A DNA stretch of 64,000 bases from Azolla caroliniana (Eukaryota; Plantae; Polypodiophyta): contig JBHGNT010000010.1 of NCBI GenBank assembly GCA_043228905.1, positions 9,052,001 through 9,116,000 of the forward strand, written 5' to 3'. The notes below the pieces were generated by a model. That model did no database searches. It saw only the letters and a program-made list of their open reading frames with translations, and had not been told where the DNA came from. Numbering within the stretch: position 1 is the stretch's first letter; the number at the start of each line of letters is the position of its first letter. A program made the position numbers and the translations under genes. This document shows positions 60,881-64,000 of this stretch, in pieces.

Positions 60881-61943
60881 AAGAGTGAAATTTTAGGTTC
60901 CAATTAGATACAAAATATAAACAAATGGTTTGGACGATGGGTTGCAACACACTTGCTTCATTATGCACCAATAGATTCCTTTATGAACAAGGCCCTTTTG
61001 TAATGCCAATGTAATGTATCATGATATGAGGAAGATGCGGAAACTCACACCACCATAAATTATATTGCATGTGTTGCATCAATTGCAAATCCCTTTTTCT
61101 TCACTAAACGAGGAAGATGCGCCCACTAATAAATGATACGATTCATCCCAATATCCACCATCCAACCCATCAGTTCACTCACTTTACATGAGACAATGTG
61201 TTGGGACAGAAATGATGAGACTTTCAACCATGCACAATATCCCCTTAACAAGTTCAAGAGTCTTGAGCATCAAGCTTTGATACAATGCTCTTAATCACAT
61301 TTCACTATGATTTCCAAACATCTTCGACCAAACCCAATCCTTGCATGGATTTCTCTCACAATCAAAGTGTGCAATCTCAAATGCAACATTCATAAGGTCT
61401 TTATCATCAAGAATTGCTATTGACTTTCGCGTGTTTTAAGTAAAAACGTTATACTTTTGGTCTATTGGGTCTCATTTGACCTCCAAAGACGATAATAAAA
61501 TCTCTCCTTTCCCCCCCTTTTGTATCAATATATGGTCCCATAAATTGCCTCTATCTCTCTGTCAAGAATTGCAACAGTAAAACACACAAAAGGAATTCAA
61601 TTATCAATATGCAGTCAATAGTTAAATTCCATACACGAGAAATGTGAATCTTCTCAATAAATTCCTTCAAATGGCTTAAACGAATCAATGTACAAAGCAC
61701 AAGAAAAATGTGCTTGCTACAAGATCAAGAGCTTACAGAAAACAGCTGCCTGATCTTGCATTTTATAAAAAAACAACTGCTGTTTATAATCCACAGCTAT
61801 TATAAACCATCATACAATATCGAAGTACAATATTGATGTGATCCTTACCATTTCATAACTTGAACAAGCAAACATACTAACATCAGTAGAAAATAATGTC
61901 AGATAGGTGCTCAAACATTCTGGCGTTCTCCTCTTTAACATTC

Positions 61944-64000
61944 TCATATTAAGATCTTATCTTTTTTTCCAGGATGACATGAACCCACACTGATGTTTAA
62001 GTCTTGATGGGGGAGAGACATCATCTTACAACACTGTCTTCTTGGAACCTACAAAACCAGAAAGATTTTTTCTCTTCTGTCGGATATAATCACATTGCTA
62101 ACACAACAATTCTTGTCTTGCGTCAATACAAACATATCGTACTAAATTCAGAAAAACAAATGAGCAGCTTCTACAAGTGCAATACAGATATTGTTTTCCT
62201 GGATGATTTGTATTCACTTTGTGTTTTGATTTGCATTGCAGTAAGCATCCTGTCAGCAAATATGAGGATCGCTCAAAAAGAATATGGAAACAAGCATCAT
62301 TAAAAATGTTTCATTAAGTCTTTCAAGGGGACACATTTTGTAGACTGTGAAGTGGAGGTTGGCTGGTATTCCACTAGGATGTAGTGCTATGTAGGACTTG
62401 GACCCTGGGCACATCCAATCGGTAGGCATTACTCACAAGGCTATCCAACGTTTGCGAAATATCCGAATTGTCTTGCTTTAATTTTGTTTCTGTTGAATAT
62501 GAACTGCCACTCAGGTTACATTAATAGCTGCCTTAACAGTTTCTAAAAGAGAACTGTGTTTGAATAGCGAGGATTTTTATTGGTTCCATGAATCATACTG
62601 AGGGGAGAAGGTTCAGGGGATGAAGTGTAGCCAAAATAAAAAGAAGGCTGATAGAAGTTGACTATGTGCAATGTACGTTCCTTCCATCATTCGAATAAAA
62701 AGTGGCACCCAATCTCAGGTTTGGTGACTGAACGGAAATATGTCGGTCTCACATGCTATCTCGGTTTATTCACTGAAATTTTTGGAATGTATAAATGAGT
62801 AATAGATCTCAAAAATTTGAGAGCTACAATACTCAAACATTTTAATGCTAGAATGTTTCATTATGTGCTTGGGACAGAGATAGGCTATATTTTGGCCCTA
62901 TGGACAGATTAATACGAAGTTATAGACAACAGCCAATAGCAGGATGACCACATATGCACACCATAGAAAGCGCATATGAGCATGCATTCATTGGGATTAG
63001 ATACATGATAAACTTTTATGTTCAAATGAGAAAAACAAGAGCAAAATGCAGCATCTCATAAAAATAAATGAAATGTAAAATGACATCTTAGGCTTGCTTA
63101 CCTTGAACCAGTGCTCATTCATGGGTTTACTTGTGACTCGAATAATATCCATACTAGGTGTATAAGAAAAGCAGAGAGACCACCTCCTCCTGCTATCACT
63201 GCTAGTATCACGCTTGTAAATACTCACCACATCTGATCCATCTTGGTACATATTGTCCAGAAAGAAGAGTGCCGGTTTATTGCAGACGGATCTAATGGCA
63301 GCACGAGTATCAAAATCAAACTCTCCTCCCCCAGATTTCTTGTTCCAAGCTTTAAAAGTAATTTCGGGCCTTTCCAATTCTCTGGGCAGCAGAACGTAAG
63401 AGTACACCTGCACCACATATCCTAACGAGATAGAGAATGTCAATTTCTTCTCACGATCATAACAAATGCATCTCTGTAAGAAGCTGCTAGGTTCCGTCTT
63501 CATAGCGTTTGTCAAATGATGCAATCCTTCAATTGCATTGTATTGCGGAAAGAATGGATCCACCTCTTCTAAATGATGCATAGATATGAAGGGTGTGATT
63601 GGGTGGCCTGCGAGCAGACCAAAGGCATTTCCATGGAGATCAAACTGCAGACAAAAGAGAAAAAGAAAGAGCCACATTTAGCACATACTGAAAGAAAGGG
63701 TGATGTATACTCTTAACAGATGCTTGTTTACCTGATGAAAGCCAGGCTCCTTTGTAAGAGGTACCCCGAGCTCAGAAATACAGGCATGTAGACGGTCATC
63801 ACTTCCAAACAGAAAGGGGTAGCGTTCCAAGCAGTCATCCAACATGGCTGAGAGGGCCTGAGCAAGTGGATAACTAATCGCAATTCCACCCCCTCCAAAT
63901 GCCATTCCATGACTGAAGTAGGTATTGGACGAATGGCTCTCTGATGGATTTCCTATGTAGTACAATTCCCTCCAATCATACTTCTTCAAAACGCGGAGAA
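61944..64000 (-). CDS. DUF604 / fringe-like glycosyltransferase, 3' exons (>64000-63732, 63644-63102, 62048-61944)
   Basis: Motifs YYIGNPSESH, MAFGGGG, GSDDRL, EPGFHQ|FDLHGN, SMHHL, SLGYVVQVY and VPRRQCC. GT-AG junctions are in frame. Confidence 0.92.

Overview
Plant nuclear DNA, probably from a fern or another seed-free plant (inferred from the retroelement lineages and psaJ codons). It is mostly transposon-derived. Positions ~1-31.5 kb are a nest of LTR retrotransposons whose boundaries I could set by LTR pairs and target-site duplications (TSDs). A chromovirus relic is split by Copia B (2082-30074, TSD AGGAT). B contains Copia A (3260-17654, TSD GCGAA), a Gypsy solo LTR (18063-18761, TSD ACGT) and an intact Gypsy C (22697-29860, TSD ACGT). 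A contains an intact Copia D (10678-16140, TSD CTGCC) and element E (6072-9615, TSD CCGTC), a gag/pol-less LTR element carrying one 927-codon coiled-coil ORF. Two host genes are present: a 3-exon cinnamate 4-hydroxylase (CYP73A, 34487-36415), with a plastid psaJ-trnP insertion upstream, and the 3' part of a DUF604/fringe-like glycosyltransferase (minus strand, 61944 to the window end). Positions ~39.7-61 kb hold decayed Copia, Gypsy and LINE pieces and a MITE. The best leads are three. Element E has its ORF antisense to an extended, hairpin-interrupted tRNA-Arg primer site. The Gypsy C family appears to target ACGT with 4-bp TSDs. The same family has a -1 frameshift pseudoknot supported by covariation between two copies. 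All calls are by eye; no searches were run.
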